Made by a program: the position numbers and the translations under genes. A stretch of DNA of 20,000 nt. Origin: an uncultured virus (IMG/VR IMGVR_UViG_3300015264_000026) (taxonomy: Duplodnaviria; Heunggongvirae; Uroviricota; Caudoviricetes). The notes below the pieces were generated by a model. That model was not told the origin of the DNA. It ran no database searches and was given only the letters and a program-made list of their open reading frames with translations. Positions within the stretch are counted from its first letter, which is position 1, and each line of letters starts with the position of its first letter. The stretch lies in IMG/VR virus record IMGVR_UViG_3300015264_000026, one strand, 5' to 3'. Positions 6,634 to 14,299 of the stretch are shown piece by piece.

Positions 6634-9002
6634 AGCTTCCTCCTCGCAACAAGGGCATTTCGCAGCGATTTCTGAAGTTGATCGCGTATGATTCGCTGGC
6701 TGGCATTCGCCGCCCGGACGCTCATACGAAGGCGAAGAAACGAGCCGCTGGCGGACGAACGTTTAACCGCGATGATGGTGGCCGTTTCGCGTCGGGTGGC
6801 CCCGTTGAATCCATGGCCGATGGCGGCTCCCCGACGTGGGATAATACAGTTGAGGACCTCCCGACATGGGACAACACAAAGCCGGTTGAGCCTGACCGTG
6901 GCGGCCTAAGCGCCGCATGGCAAGGCGCAAAGGCTGGCGCTACGTTCAATTTCAATGATGAGTTGGCTGGTATCAGTGCCGCTAAGCCGAGCTGGGCTCC
7001 GGGAAACGTCATGGGCATTCCAACTGGAGTTATCGCCGGCGCTGGCCGCCTTGGCCTGAACGCCATTACCGGCAAAGACCCAGAAGCGGTGGCCTCTTAT
7101 GAGAAAGCGCGAGACGAGGAGCGTGAAGCGGGCGAAGTAGCCAAGCAACAACATCCGTATTTGCACATGGCTGGGGAATTGGCTGGATCAATTCCAGCGA
7201 TGGCCGTATTGCCAGAGGCTGGTTTTGCAGCGCGGGCGGCACAGACCGCGAGCAAGGCCGCTAAATTCGGCAGAACGGTAGCTGATTCGGCCGTCATCGG
7301 TGGCGAATATGGTGGATTGTCCGGCCTCGGTGAGGGCGCTGACATTGGTGATCGCGCGTTAAAATCAGCGCAGGGCATTGTGAGTGGGGTCGTCGGCGGT
7401 GCCGTTGCGCCCGTTGTAGGGGAAGGCGCTGGGCTGGTTTACAATCGATTTGTCAAGCCCGGCGTTAATGCGGTGCGTGGTTGGGCAGATCCAGAAGGAG
7501 AGGCGGCACGGCGATTGTCTGCGGCGATCCAGGCAGATCAACATTTAATCGCATCCGGCCAAGCCAAGGGCATGTCTCCGCAAGAATGGGCAGCAGCACG
7601 TCAAGCAGGCGAACCCGTAACCTTGGCCGATCTTGGTTCAACCAATACACAGGCATTGTTGAGGTCGGCTGCCAACACATCCCCAGAAGCCCGCGCCATC
7701 CTTGAAAAAACAATTGAGGATCGATTTGCGGGGCAAACCGAACGTGTAGGGGATGAAGTACGCAATCTTGTGGCCGGTGGGGCCAATGCACATAAAACCG
7801 GAGATGAACTCGTCGCCGAGTACGATCGCGCACGGGTACCGGCCTATAAACAAGCATACCGTGAGGGTGATAGAGAAATTGTATCACCTGCGATCGAACG
7901 GTTGATGGGAAGCCCGATGTTTGAGGGTGCCATGAAAGCTGCCGTCACTAGTGGTAAGGACCGGGCGATTACAGAGGGATATGGTGCTTTCAATCCCGGT
8001 GTGACCGTTGAAAACGGCATGTTGAAGTTCACCAAAACGAAGCCAAATGGCGTACCGACCTATCCCAATCTGCAATATTGGGATTCAGTCAAGAAGGAGT
8101 TGGATGGCATCGCCACCATGGCAAAGCGTTCCGGTGATCCGAGGGGCGATGTAGCCGCGAATATGTCCAAGGTTCTCCGCACCGAACTGGACAAGGCCGT
8201 GCCGTCATATGGCGATGCCAGAGGCATTGCATCTCAATATTTCGGTGAAAGCAACGCGCTTGAAGCGGGGCAAAAACTAGCAGGGAAAAAGGTCGATCCC
8301 AAGTCCATCCGCGATGTCATGACCAAAATGAAGCCCGATGAAAAAGACTTGTTCCGGGAGGGATACGCTTCGGATTGGGCGGGCCGCGTGATTGGAAATA
8401 TTTCCGATAGTCGGGATATCACCAAGGCGATGTTCAATTCTCCGAATGAACGCGCGCGGGCCTTGGCTGTATTTGGCCCAGCCGGCGTTCAAAAGATGGA
8501 GGCCCGGATGACGCTGGAAACCATCATGGATGGGGCCAGAAAGGCCATGGGTAATTCCACCACGGCAAGGCAACTTATTGAGGCTGGTTTAGCAGGAGGG
8601 ACGCTAGAGGGCTATCTGTCGGGTTGGGACCCCACGCATATGGCCGCCGGATTTGCCGGCGCTGCCGGTGCTCGTAAGGCAATCGGTACTGAGATGGCGT
8701 CTGGCGCTCGTAAGCTGATTGGAAAGGTCGATTCACGGACGGCCCGACTCGTCGCCGAACTCCTCACATCCGACGACCCGAACAGACTAGCGCAGGGACT
8801 TCGGATAGCGCAAAAGAACCAGAAGATCGCTGATGGGCTTCGCTCTATCGCTAACAGGATGGCTCTGGCTGGGCAGAATAAGGCTGTGCCTCGTATTCCG
8901 TACACTGGGCCAAATCTCGGGCCGCTGCAGCCCCTTCAAGGCCCAATGCCCGCAGGCGCCAACGATGAACAAAATCAGCCCAAAGGGGTAGTCAACCAAT
9001 AG
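6630..9002 (+). CDS. Internal virion / DNA ejection protein (790 aa)
   Basis: ATGA overlap; 'GATFNFNDELAG', 'EQHPY...AGELAGS'-like segment and G/A-rich hydrophobic stretches typical of the last ejection protein; directly precedes the lysis genes. Confidence 0.72.
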   Translation: MKLPPRNKGISQRFLKLIAYDSLAGIRRPDAHTKAKKRAAGGRTFNRDDGGRFASGGPVESMADGGSPTWDNTVEDLPTWDNTKPVEPDRGGLSAAWQGAKAGATFNFNDELAGISAAKPSWAPGNVMGIPTGVIAGAGRLGLNAITGKDPEAVASYEKARDEEREAGEVAKQQHPYLHMAGELAGSIPAMAVLPEAGFAARAAQTASKAAKFGRTVADSAVIGGEYGGLSGLGEGADIGDRALKSAQGIVSGVVGGAVAPVVGEGAGLVYNRFVKPGVNAVRGWADPEGEAARRLSAAIQADQHLIASGQAKGMSPQEWAAARQAGEPVTLADLGSTNTQALLRSAANTSPEARAILEKTIEDRFAGQTERVGDEVRNLVAGGANAHKTGDELVAEYDRARVPAYKQAYREGDREIVSPAIERLMGSPMFEGAMKAAVTSGKDRAITEGYGAFNPGVTVENGMLKFTKTKPNGVPTYPNLQYWDSVKKELDGIATMAKRSGDPRGDVAANMSKVLRTELDKAVPSYGDARGIASQYFGESNALEAGQKLAGKKVDPKSIRDVMTKMKPDEKDLFREGYASDWAGRVIGNISDSRDITKAMFNSPNERARALAVFGPAGVQKMEARMTLETIMDGARKAMGNSTTARQLIEAGLAGGTLEGYLSGWDPTHMAAGFAGAAGARKAIGTEMASGARKLIGKVDSRTARLVAELLTSDDPNRLAQGLRIAQKNQKIADGLRSIANRMALAGQNKAVPRIPYTGPNLGPLQPLQGPMPAGANDEQNQPKGVVNQ
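6828..6878 (+). repeat. Imperfect 30-nt-period direct repeat encoding PTWDNT twice
   Basis: CCGACGTGGGATAATACA (6831) and CCGACATGGGACAACACA (6861); the differences are synonymous. Confidence 0.75.
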
Positions 9003-9059
9003 CCAAACCGAGACGAGATAGACAATCATCATGATTTGGCGTTTAGACCCGATATGCAT
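8787..9059 (-). CDS. Putative antisense small membrane protein (90 aa), candidate superinfection exclusion factor
   Basis: MHIGSKRQ-IMMIVYLVSVWLLV-DYP-FGLILFIVGACGHWAL is a hydrophobic hairpin; it starts in the intergenic gap and overlaps the 3' end of the ejection gene. No clear SD. Confidence 0.4.
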   Translation of the reverse strand: MHIGSKRQIMMIVYLVSVWLLVDYPFGLILFIVGACGHWALKGLQRPEIWPSVRNTRHSLILPSQSHPVSDRAKPISDLLVLLRYPKSLR

Positions 9060-9060
9060 A

Positions 9061-9087
9061 GGTTGCAAATCATGCTATAGCACAACC
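9061..9087. promoter_or_regulatory. Palindromic element between divergent starts (possible bidirectional -10 or operator)
   Basis: TGCTATAGCA is a perfect palindrome (9073-9082), flanked asymmetrically by GGTTG and CAACC. Confidence 0.3.
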
Positions 9088-9105
9088 GGATAGGGAGATT
9101 TTGGC

Positions 9106-9876
9106 ATGACATTCTCGTTGCTTTGGTTGCCGAAGGTATTGCGAGATGCTGGATTGCAGGTTTTCGAGGTGCCGGGCTGGCAAAACAGAGGCCATGGCGA
9201 TGAAGGCGAGGTCTTGGGCATTCTGTGCCATCATACCTGCGGACCCTTGCATGGCGAAATGGCCGATTTGAGCGTTATCGTCGATGGGCGCCCCGATCTT
9301 GGCGGCCCGCTCGCCCAACTTGCCTTAGGCCGAACCGGAATATTCCATATCGTTGCCGCTGGTAAATGCTGGCATGCGGGACGCGGCATGTGGCAGGGCA
9401 TTACGGATGGCAACGCTCATTTCATCGGTATTGAGGCTGAGAACACCGGAGAGACCACAGGACCGCGAGCCGAGCCATGGTCCGATGCTATCATGGATGC
9501 CTACCGGCGGGGCTGTGCGGCCATCCTGAAGCACATTGGCGCAAAGCCAATCATGTGTGCGGGACACAAAGAATTTGCCCTTCCAAAGGGCCGTAAGGAC
9601 GACCCCAGCTTTGATATGATGAAATTTCGCGCCGACGTGGCCGCATTGATGAATTTGCCTCACGGCCCAATGTCGGCACCGTCACCGTCGCTTACCCATT
9701 CCCGTATCGGCACCGTCAACACCAGCGGCCTCAACGTCCGATCAGCCGCCAGTGCCGCTTCGAAATCTCTCGGCACCCTCCCAAAAGGCAAAGTTATCAC
9801 TATCCAAGGCCAGACTGGAGAGTGGTACCAGATTGACACCGGATTCGTGGCCGCTCGCTATGTTGATCTGACGTAA
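9106..9876 (+). CDS. Endolysin: N-acetylmuramoyl-L-alanine amidase (Amidase_2 type) with C-terminal SH3b domain
   Basis: GILCHHT, WHAG, IGIEAEN and GHKE...RKDDP zinc-amidase motifs; C-terminal LNVRSAAS...LGTLPKG...WYQI...GFVAARYV SH3b; GGGAG SD. Confidence 0.93.
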   Translation: MTFSLLWLPKVLRDAGLQVFEVPGWQNRGHGDEGEVLGILCHHTCGPLHGEMADLSVIVDGRPDLGGPLAQLALGRTGIFHIVAAGKCWHAGRGMWQGITDGNAHFIGIEAENTGETTGPRAEPWSDAIMDAYRRGCAAILKHIGAKPIMCAGHKEFALPKGRKDDPSFDMMKFRADVAALMNLPHGPMSAPSPSLTHSRIGTVNTSGLNVRSAASAASKSLGTLPKGKVITIQGQTGEWYQIDTGFVAARYVDLT

Positions 9877-10263
9877 ATGCAGGTATCGGTCAGCCAGCGC
9901 GAAATTTGGTCATTCATGAAGCTCTACGCCGATCGGCTGTCTATTATGTTCCAACCGCAAAATTGTTTACCAAATCCCATTGTCGCTGGCGATGTCCAAA
10001 GGTTGACTGATTTCGCCAAGCTGTTCGATTATGCCACTGCGTTGGCACAATTGCCATCCTACAGGAAATTGGAGGTTCGGGACGTGTCCATAGACCTGAC
10101 GCGAGATGAAGTTTTCAAGCTGATGCGGAGCGCCGCCCAAGAGCTTGTCAATGGCCTTGAAAATCCATATCGCATTGATACTGGATCGGCCATCAAGAGA
10201 CTGAACGAACTTCAAGCCGTTATGCCGCCGTATGTGCCGCCATCGAACAGTGATGAAGGTTAA
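9877..10263 (+). CDS. Hypothetical protein (128 aa)
   Basis: Starts immediately after the endolysin stop; contains an internal near-duplication ('VSVSQREIWSFMK' / 'IDLTRDEVFKLMR'). Confidence 0.62.
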   Translation: MQVSVSQREIWSFMKLYADRLSIMFQPQNCLPNPIVAGDVQRLTDFAKLFDYATALAQLPSYRKLEVRDVSIDLTRDEVFKLMRSAAQELVNGLENPYRIDTGSAIKRLNELQAVMPPYVPPSNSDEG

Positions 10264-10267
10264 TCAA

Positions 10268-10483
10268 GTGGCTGATATTTGCACCTTCATCATTGTTACG
10301 ACTATGAATGCCATTGGTTGCGCAGCAGCGCCTCATTGCAATAGCCTTCCCATTGATGGGAAAATATTTTGTACTCCAATGTCACCAATGGCATGCCCAA
10401 TTCCACCGCCAACTTATGAATGCAGGCGCGAAGACGGCTCAACCTATATTTGGCAGGACGTGAAAAAGGAAATACAGCGATGA
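10268..10483 (+). CDS. Cys-rich hypothetical protein (start uncertain: GTG 10268 or ATG 10253)
   Basis: GAAGGT lies upstream of the GTG; six Cys; ATGA overlap with the next gene. Confidence 0.5.
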   Translation: MADICTFIIVTTMNAIGCAAAPHCNSLPIDGKIFCTPMSPMACPIPPPTYECRREDGSTYIWQDVKKEIQR

Positions 10484-10617
10484 CACGCATTCTAGTCTTC
10501 TTGTTATTGCTCGCCAGCCCCGCTGCTGCCCAGACCTCCGGATGCATCGCCCAAGCCAACAACTGCCCTAGACCATTGCCGCATCCCGTTGAGCAGCCGC
10601 CGCAGGGGCAGCGTTGA
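10480..10617 (+). CDS. Small secreted peptide (45 aa) with Sec signal peptide
   Basis: MTRILVFLLLLASPAAA/QT with an A-x-A cleavage site; AAGGA SD; ATGA overlap. Confidence 0.62.
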   Translation: MTRILVFLLLLASPAAAQTSGCIAQANNCPRPLPHPVEQPPQGQR

Positions 10618-10865
10618 TGAGTGAGCGCGCCGATTGGGAGAAGCACAAGAACTATCCGCCGAATTGGTCTTGGGCCACATGGAGAGAGCGTGCTGTAATC
10701 GTGCTACTCAATATAATTGCATGGGGAGTTGTGTTTCCCGCGATGTTTATCGGGGCGATCTGGATGTTTGGTATGATGATCGATGGAGTCGCCCAACGCA
10801 GCGAGGAACATGACCGCTGCATGAAGCATGCTACCAACGGCTATGAAATCGAGAGGTGCCGTTGA
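10617..10865 (+). CDS. Small membrane protein (82 aa)
   Basis: Long hydrophobic segment AVIVLLNIIAWGVVFPAMFIGAIWMFGMMI; TGATG coupling at both ends. Confidence 0.65.
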   Translation: MSERADWEKHKNYPPNWSWATWRERAVIVLLNIIAWGVVFPAMFIGAIWMFGMMIDGVAQRSEEHDRCMKHATNGYEIERCR

Positions 10866-11011
10866 TGCAAATCTTGCTCTGGATCGTCTGCATCTATCTG
10901 GCGCTCGGCATCATGACGACGGTCTTGGTATCGCAAACGCCATGGAGCGACAACGGATGGCTCAAGATCACGCTGGTATGGCCAGTATATCTACGGGCGT
11001 ACCTATCATGA
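10865..11011 (+). CDS. Small membrane protein (48 aa), absent from the ORF track
   Basis: Manual translation MQILLWIVCIYLALGIMTTVLVSQTPWSDNGWLKITLVWPVYLRAYLS*; TGATG overlap upstream and ATGA overlap downstream. Confidence 0.62.
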   Translation: MQILLWIVCIYLALGIMTTVLVSQTPWSDNGWLKITLVWPVYLRAYLS

Positions 11012-11154
11012 GCAGCATCGTTCGGGCAATTCTCTATCGAATATTTGACCAGCATCGCGATGAAGCGAACGTAGCAAGACAGCAGAACGAACGCGCGGTT
11101 GTCGCGCTGGAAAAGATCGCCGCACAATATACCGAGAAGGATCAATCGAAATGA
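11008..11154 (+). CDS. Hypothetical protein (48 aa)
   Basis: MSSIVRAILYRIFDQ...; ATGA overlaps on both sides, so the start is reassigned from 10828. Confidence 0.55.
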   Translation: MSSIVRAILYRIFDQHRDEANVARQQNERAVVALEKIAAQYTEKDQSK

Positions 11155-11495
11155 ACCTCAATGGGAAGCAGGTTATCTCTATCATCGGTGCCATCCTTGG
11201 CGTCCTGATGATTTCCACCACTCAACTCACCGACTTGTTCGGGGCTGGCGTAGCTAAAAACGTCGTTTCGATCGCGGCGTTGGTGAATACGGTTTTGTCT
11301 TCCGTCATGGCTGTAATTACCAGCCAAGGAGGAATTGTCCGCGATGTTTTGGCAATGCCTGGAATTGAAAATATCGCTGTGAACGGAAGGGCCAATCAGA
11401 CCTTGGCGGCCATTGCGATCGATCCATTGTCCGACAAGATCGCCCCAACCGCATCGGCGCAAGCCCAAGTCACCCGAACCGCACAGGCTGCATAA
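11151..11495 (+). CDS. Putative holin (2 TM, 114 aa)
   Basis: Two N-terminal hydrophobic helices; AAGGA SD; located in the lysis region before a lipoprotein. Confidence 0.55.
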   Translation: MNLNGKQVISIIGAILGVLMISTTQLTDLFGAGVAKNVVSIAALVNTVLSSVMAVITSQGGIVRDVLAMPGIENIAVNGRANQTLAAIAIDPLSDKIAPTASAQAQVTRTAQAA

Positions 11496-11908
11496 TGCGA
11501 AAACTCATCATCGCCCTCACGCTATCGATAGCCCTAGCGGGCTGCGCAAATATCAACGGCAAGTCGGTATTCCTGCCAACCGCATCCGTTGCCAATCCGG
11601 TCACTTCGCTGAGCATGTACGATATCAAGGCCACCTACGCCATCGCTCAGGCCGGCGCAGAAGTTTACATCCAGCGCTATCGGGACGGCTTTCGATGCAC
11701 CAAGACCAAGCTTGAAAGCGTGACCAATCTGTGTTCACGTCGCTCCGTTGTCCTGAGACTTCAGACCGCTGACCAGAGAGCGCAAATTGCCCTTGGCAAA
11801 GCCGATGCCTTTATAAGCGCCAATCCTACGATCGACGCATCGTCCGTCATCTCGGCTGCTCAATTGGCTGTCAGCGCCTTTAGTGAAATCCAGAAAGGAA
11901 ATCCGTGA
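11495..11908 (+). CDS. Lipoprotein (137 aa), spanin candidate
   Basis: MRKLIIALTLSIA-LAGC is a canonical signal peptide II lipobox; TAATG overlap. Confidence 0.8.
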   Translation: MRKLIIALTLSIALAGCANINGKSVFLPTASVANPVTSLSMYDIKATYAIAQAGAEVYIQRYRDGFRCTKTKLESVTNLCSRRSVVLRLQTADQRAQIALGKADAFISANPTIDASSVISAAQLAVSAFSEIQKGNP

Positions 11909-12147
11909 TGAACCCGATTGCAATTCTAGGGGCCATTGAGGGCGCGCTAGGGATGGCCGTTGAACTCGCTCCGACCGTCATCAAGGCCGAGCAGGTGATT
12001 GCGCCGATCGCACAAGCTCTATGGGACCATCTCGTCAACAAGAAGGTGATAACCCAGACCGATCTTGACGCGCTCAATGCTCAATTGGCGGCCACGTCGG
12101 CTCGCATCCAAGCCCCGCTTCCGCCGGAACAGACGGACGATGTTTGA
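11908..12147 (+). CDS. Hypothetical amphipathic/helical protein (79 aa)
   Basis: AAAGGA SD; TGATG overlap; mildly hydrophobic N-terminus and a coiled-coil-like C-terminus. Confidence 0.7.
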   Translation: MNPIAILGAIEGALGMAVELAPTVIKAEQVIAPIAQALWDHLVNKKVITQTDLDALNAQLAATSARIQAPLPPEQTDDV

Positions 12148-12247
12148 ATTTGTCATCGCTCATTGGCTAGGCCTGAGTGTAGCCGCTGGCGCGCTGCTGA
12201 CATGGTTCATGCTTTGGCTGGTATGGCCTAGTTCGGCGACGCGATGA
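12140..12247 (+). CDS. Single-TM micropeptide (35 aa)
   Basis: MFEFVIAHWLGLSVAAGALLTWFMLWLVWPSSATR*; fills the gap and ATGA-overlaps the next gene. Confidence 0.5.
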   Translation: MFEFVIAHWLGLSVAAGALLTWFMLWLVWPSSATR

Positions 12248-12720
12248 TAACCCTGCGCTTCGTCTCCCATCCCGGCATCTTCAATTGGGCCTGCAGCATA
12301 GCGCAGTATGGCTTTTGGTGCACTCATGTTGAGGCGGTCATGCCAGATGGCACATTGCTTGGCGCGATGGGAGACGGTGTCAAAGCGCGGCCGGGCGATT
12401 ACGACAACTTGGGCGGAACGGCTGGCTTTGTTCGTCAGCAATTTGTCAGTGTAAATATCCTGCCAGAACACGAGACTACGTTTTACGATTTTCTGCGCAG
12501 CCAGATAGGCAAGCCCTACGATACAAGCGCAATATGGTCGTTTTACAGCAAGCGTGACGGGCGCGATTGGCAGGCTCCGGATTCTTGGTTTTGCAGCGAA
12601 TTGATGGCAGCTGCGCTATCCGAATATGGGATATTTCCACAGCACATGGCGGAAAGCTTCAGCCGTGTAACTCCGCGTGACTTGATGTTGCTCATAAGTA
12701 CCAGAACCGAGGCGGGATGA
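12244..12720 (+). CDS. Permuted papain-like (NlpC/P60 superfamily, YiiX/YebB / C92-like) peptidase or amidase
   Basis: His precedes Cys: THVEAV...QIGKPYD...WFCSELMAAAL...VTPRDL. Confidence 0.85.
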   Translation: MITLRFVSHPGIFNWACSIAQYGFWCTHVEAVMPDGTLLGAMGDGVKARPGDYDNLGGTAGFVRQQFVSVNILPEHETTFYDFLRSQIGKPYDTSAIWSFYSKRDGRDWQAPDSWFCSELMAAALSEYGIFPQHMAESFSRVTPRDLMLLISTRTEAG

Positions 12721-13013
12721 TGCCAGAAGACCTGCTGGCTATCATTAATGTACAGTGCATGGCAGCGGGTTCCCTCGGCGGCATGGTTCACGCCTTCCGA
12801 CTCAAGAAGCCAACCACATGGGAGGTCATCGGTTATATCGTGACGGGAGGAATCGCAGCGAACTTTATCGCGCCTCAAATGTTGAAGATATTGACCATGT
12901 TCCCTGTGGTCTTTCTCGCCTTCGGCGTCGGGCTTGGGGGCAAGCATATCTGCTACGGTCTTGAGAAATTCTTCAACAGGCTTGGTGTTCTCTGGAAAAC
13001 CAAAAATGAATGA
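12717..13013 (+). CDS. Putative holin (3 TM, 98 aa)
   Basis: AAGSLGG, IVTGGIAANFIAP and LAFGVGLGG helices; Met-Met start; basic C-terminus; GAGG SD. Confidence 0.6.
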   Translation: MMPEDLLAIINVQCMAAGSLGGMVHAFRLKKPTTWEVIGYIVTGGIAANFIAPQMLKILTMFPVVFLAFGVGLGGKHICYGLEKFFNRLGVLWKTKNE

Positions 13014-13398
13014 ACTCGTCATCGCACTCTATGATCTCGTGGCTTTTGCCGGAATGCTGTTTCTGATGATCGTCATCACACAGGCCATGAACGATTCGCT
13101 GCTCAGGCGGAATGATTCGTCATGGGTGCAAACTCATCGGAAAAGAGCCTTCTATGGTGCTGCCGCTTACCTGCTGCTGACCATCTGCATTCAGGATTAT
13201 TGGCTAGTTCATCCGACCGTGGTCTCTGTCGGGTTGGTGGTCACTGGCCTACTGCTCGGCAGCAATTGGATATTGGCAGTCAACAGCATATCGCTCGGAT
13301 CCAGAGTGCCACCCGATCACGGCAGTCGAATGCGCAACCCATCGTTCGGCGCATCGTCGTTTGTGGCCAAGCTGACCAACTTATTCCGCATGCATTGA
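13006..13398 (+). CDS. Membrane protein (3 TM, 130 aa)
   Basis: Start at ATG 13006 (MNELVIAL), overlapping the previous gene by 8 nt; three hydrophobic segments. Confidence 0.65.
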   Translation: MNELVIALYDLVAFAGMLFLMIVITQAMNDSLLRRNDSSWVQTHRKRAFYGAAAYLLLTICIQDYWLVHPTVVSVGLVVTGLLLGSNWILAVNSISLGSRVPPDHGSRMRNPSFGASSFVAKLTNLFRMH

Positions 13399-13746
13399 AT
13401 GGAGGGACCTGTTCAATGGGCGCTACTGAGCTTCTTGGGCGGGATAGCCGTTACCTGCGCCATAGGTGGCTTCATCACACGCGGCTTCTTCGCTGGATAT
13501 GATACGAAGATCGCAGAACTAAAGTCACATTACGATATTATCGCGGCGTCCCTATCGAATGCGATACAAGATCGTAATTTTCTACAAAAATACGATTCTG
13601 TTGACCAGAACCTCCGCAACGATCTGGACCACCTGAAAAATAACTTCAAGCAGCATCAGATGGCGGCATCCGAAGACCACGACAACATGATTCGGATGCA
13701 AAGCGAAGTCGATCGATTAGGAAAGATCGTCAATGGGAAGCATTGA
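13399..13746 (+). CDS. N-terminal TM plus coiled-coil protein (115 aa), lysis-accessory candidate
   Basis: WALLSFLGGIAVTCAIGGFI followed by heptad-rich sequence; last gene of the + strand operon. Confidence 0.65.
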   Translation: MEGPVQWALLSFLGGIAVTCAIGGFITRGFFAGYDTKIAELKSHYDIIAASLSNAIQDRNFLQKYDSVDQNLRNDLDHLKNNFKQHQMAASEDHDNMIRMQSEVDRLGKIVNGKH

Positions 13747-13935
13747 TGCTGGTTTCTTGCCCTGAGATTGTTCATTAAGCTTGGCTGTTAGTTGTTGTGT
13801 TATGTAGGTGTATCGTCGCTCACGGGCGCACGCCTTCTCGTACATCGACTTGAATAGCATCATTGCAATGAATGTCATAATCCATAGAAAAGATATCATT
13901 AAAAATGAAAATATGTAAATAGCATCCCGTGACAT
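13717..13935 (-). CDS. Small membrane protein (72 aa), A/T-rich
   Basis: GGAGG SD upstream; N-terminal TM segment; converges on the late operon with a 30-nt overlap. Confidence 0.6.
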   Translation of the reverse strand: MSRDAIYIFSFLMISFLWIMTFIAMMLFKSMYEKACARERRYTYITQQLTAKLNEQSQGKKPASMLPIDDLS

Positions 13936-13958
13936 TTCATTCCTCCATGTATTGAAAC

Positions 13959-13982
13959 CCCGCGCTCTTGGTAGAGCGCGGG
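13959..13982. terminator. GC-rich hairpin, possible intrinsic terminator or processing stem
   Basis: CCCGCGCTCT-TGGT-AGAGCGCGGG is a perfect 10-bp stem 6 nt after the stop of 13989..14240(-); followed only by a short GTTT tail on the - strand. Confidence 0.5.
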
Positions 13983-13988
13983 TGGTTG

Positions 13989-14240
13989 TCAGGCGGCTTT
14001 GTAGCCGATCTTCTTGTTGAACTCCCGGATGTACTGCTGCGGGTCTCCCTGACCATCCCGGTCGATGAACCTTTCATAAGCCACCTCCTGCTCGTCCTGG
14101 AAGCGGACCACATAATATTCATCTACGTCCTCGACCTTATCGGCGATGGCGGCGCGGCCTTCAAAGAGCAGCCCCTTGCTTGGGTGCATCTGGAAGACGT
14201 TCACATACTCGCCAAGGTCAAAGCTGTGCACGGTGCTCAT
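13989..14240 (-). CDS. Hypothetical acidic protein (83 aa)
   Basis: GGAG SD 6 nt before ATG 14240 (MSTVHSF); has its own promoter-like upstream region and a downstream hairpin. Confidence 0.72.
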   Translation of the reverse strand: MSTVHSFDLGEYVNVFQMHPSKGLLFEGRAAIADKVEDVDEYYVVRFQDEQEVAYERFIDRDGQGDPQQYIREFNKKIGYKAA

Positions 14241-14290
14241 TTTCATCTCCACATTTTCAAACAGCCCACGCTTCCTGAGCGCGTGAGATC

Positions 14291-14299
14291 AGTATAGCA
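14291..14299 (-). promoter_or_regulatory. Extended -10 promoter element (TGnTATACT)
   Basis: The - strand reads TGCTATACT about 50 nt upstream of ATG 14240; no well-spaced -35. Confidence 0.45.

Noticed and set aside
10828..11007. N-terminal part of the 108-aa ORF 10828..11154
   Set aside because: Better explained by two coupled 48-aa genes (10865..11011 and 11008..11154).
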